DNA of 64,000 bases. Source: the human T2T-CHM13v2.0 reference genome, Homo sapiens. Within the stretch, counting starts at the first letter, position 1; each line of letters opens with the position of its first letter. Under the pieces are notes generated by a model. The model worked only from the letters and a program-made list of their open reading frames with translations, was not told the DNA's origin and ran no database searches. Positions 61,041 through 64,000 of the stretch are shown here, one piece after another. The position numbers and the translations under genes were made by a program. The stretch is taken from the NCBI RefSeq assembly GCF_009914755.1, contig NC_060942.1; one strand, 5' to 3'.

Positions 61041-61983
61041 TTAATAACTTTCTTTTAAACTTAATATTACAAGTGTCTTTCCTGGTGTTTGTTTTAAATC
61101 GTCATTTAAATATCTTTATAATATTATTATATTTCAAATATCTTTCCTGGTGCTTGTTTTAAATCATAATTTTTAGTGATTAGGGACTCTATTTCACTAT
61201 GGTATTTCACTGCAATTCCTTAAATTTTTGAAAGTGATTTCCACTCATCATTTTCATTCATTATCTAAATTTTTAAAAATTAATTTAACTGCAAAGAAAC
61301 TAGTCTGTGGATATACTAACACATTACCCACAATTCCACCTCCTTAACACAACTATGACGTACTTTATCATTTGAAACACATTGTAGTCCTAAAATTGGG
61401 CTTGCCAGATATCATTATCCTCACTGCACAACAGGAAGCTCAAGTCCAGAGTGGTTAGCTGGGTGGCACTGGACAAGTCACTCATTTAGTCTGAGTACAA
61501 TAGCGTGTAGACCCCAAATGACTCCTAATAAAGGTAGGAGAGCTGTGGCTGCCATTGGCTGGTGGCCTTGCCCTCTCCATTTTCTGTTCTCTCAGAATCA
61601 ATCACAATTCCCTCTAAATGGCTGCAGTCTTTGTACACTCAAACTTTACATGGCAGGGGAGGGTGCTGGTCTTTCCAGGCTTCCAGCTTCCCCATGTGAG
61701 GCTCCGCCCAGAGGACTGGTTTCTTTGCCCTCTGAGAGCAGACAGGCTTCTACAATAACTTGCTGAGCCCTTTGGCCTTGGGCTTTTCTGCTTAGTTTCT
61801 GCAGGGAAGGGCCATGTGCTCACAGGCAGGTGCCTTGTACTCTATAGTACTCTATCCTTGACATCAATATTACATTACTAATTGACAATGACACGTATAA
61901 AACAGCAGAGATGAAATGGTCAGTGGTTGGCAGATAAGAGGGAATGCACCAATAGATGCACATTAATAAAAAATCATACAGGA

Positions 61984-62285
<302 letters not shown>

Positions 62286-63320
62286 TCATATATGAAGTTC
62301 ATGACCAAAATGAGGCTGCTTCGCACTGAGAAACAATAGCTCTAAGTCAAAGGAAGCAGATGAGATGGAGATTCGGAGGACCTGGCAGGAGCATCAAGGT
62401 CCCTTATCCACAAACTTCCTGCCCATGCTGCCCAGGGAAAAGCAATACCAGTCTGTATCAGCCAGGGAGAGGCCTGCCAGCCAAGATAGTGGCTCTGGGC
62501 TGTGGTTGGTCACAGTAAAGGTCAACCACTCTTATGGGCAGGAACTAGACAAGAACGCTGATTAAATAGTTAGGCCCTAACATAGGACAGGTAGATGAGG
62601 AAACCTGAGCTTGGGACAGACAGCCCACAGGACAAATCAACAGTGCCCAGATCTGGCCATCTGCGGAAGTGCTGACAAAGGCCTGAGTCAATACTTTTTA
62701 TTCCTGAGAGCTTAGGTCTTTTTGAACCCCTAGTTCAGTCCTTGTAGGGCAGGATCTGGATCTCCTGGGACAGAGAAAACAATATCTGTATTTGATAATA
62801 AGGGCTCAGAGCAGATTACAAGAGGTGGGGCCACCAAGGTTTGAAGCAGTGAAGGGACTTAGATGCCCATATTTCTAGGGTTTTCGAATATTTGTGGCCA
62901 CTTATGAAACTATCACTTCCAACAGCTATTCTTTCAATAGTAACATTCAAATAGAAGCAGAGACCAAGCACTATAGGGCAAGTGTAAAGAGGACACACCA
63001 TGGAGACTGCTTTCTCTGGCAGTTCAGCTTGCATGCCTCACTCAGCAAAACTAAGCTCAGAAGTTAGTTAGGCTCCTGCCCTTTAGAAGGCATGTGCTTC
63101 AGATAGGGATGGGGTCTCAGTCTCCCTACCCTGAACAGCTTATTCAAGTCTTCCTTCCAGCCTTCCAGCCTTGTGCCACACCATCCCCTCCCTGAGAGGT
63201 ATTCTGAAAACAAAGATTTCCCCATCTTGTTGCATGCCTGGTGCCATTTTAGCACTCTTCAAGGAGTGGTACCCTATCGCACTCACCCAGCCAGACTTGT
63301 CCAAGAATCTTGCCCTGGTA

Positions 63321-63775
<455 letters not shown>

Positions 63776-64000
63776 GGTAAACCACTCTTTTTAGCCTGAA
63801 GGAGAGTAGGTCAGTCTGTTTCCCATTAGTGTCCTACATCTTTGTTTGCTTCCTTAAGAAGAATGTAGGACCCTGAGGGCAGGAATCCACCTCCTCCTCA
63901 TTTTGCAGGTCCACACAGGTCTCTGACTTCTGCAAATGTCAGAACACTTAAGCCCTCATACTCAAAAGACAGTATTTTTAGTGAGACAGCGTCTTGCTCT

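Overview
Primate (almost certainly human) genomic DNA, dense in Alu and L1 repeats. The whole window lies inside the minus-strand F-BAR gene PSTPIP2. Six consecutive coding exons (40910-41010, 25579-25656, 16867-16901, 12144-12250, 6430-6492, 397-495) splice in frame with canonical GT-AG sites. The first coding exon lies beyond the right edge and later exons lie beyond the left edge. An intron holds a full-length, disabled, antisense processed pseudogene of UTP18 (about 29138-31335) that keeps a CpG-island 5' end and an NRF1 palindrome. Nearly all other ORF-track entries are Alu/L1 artefacts. The most unusual signals are structural: a 152/153-identical inverted duplication that predicts a recent 1.36-kb inversion, an older inverted templated insertion with a snap-back hairpin, a possible Alu-mRNA chimeric retrocopy, and a young L1 whose 5' truncation matches the homologous position of the old L1 it entered. 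I found no evidence of a new protein-coding system. Gene and repeat-subfamily names come from recall, not a database search, and repeat boundaries are approximate.
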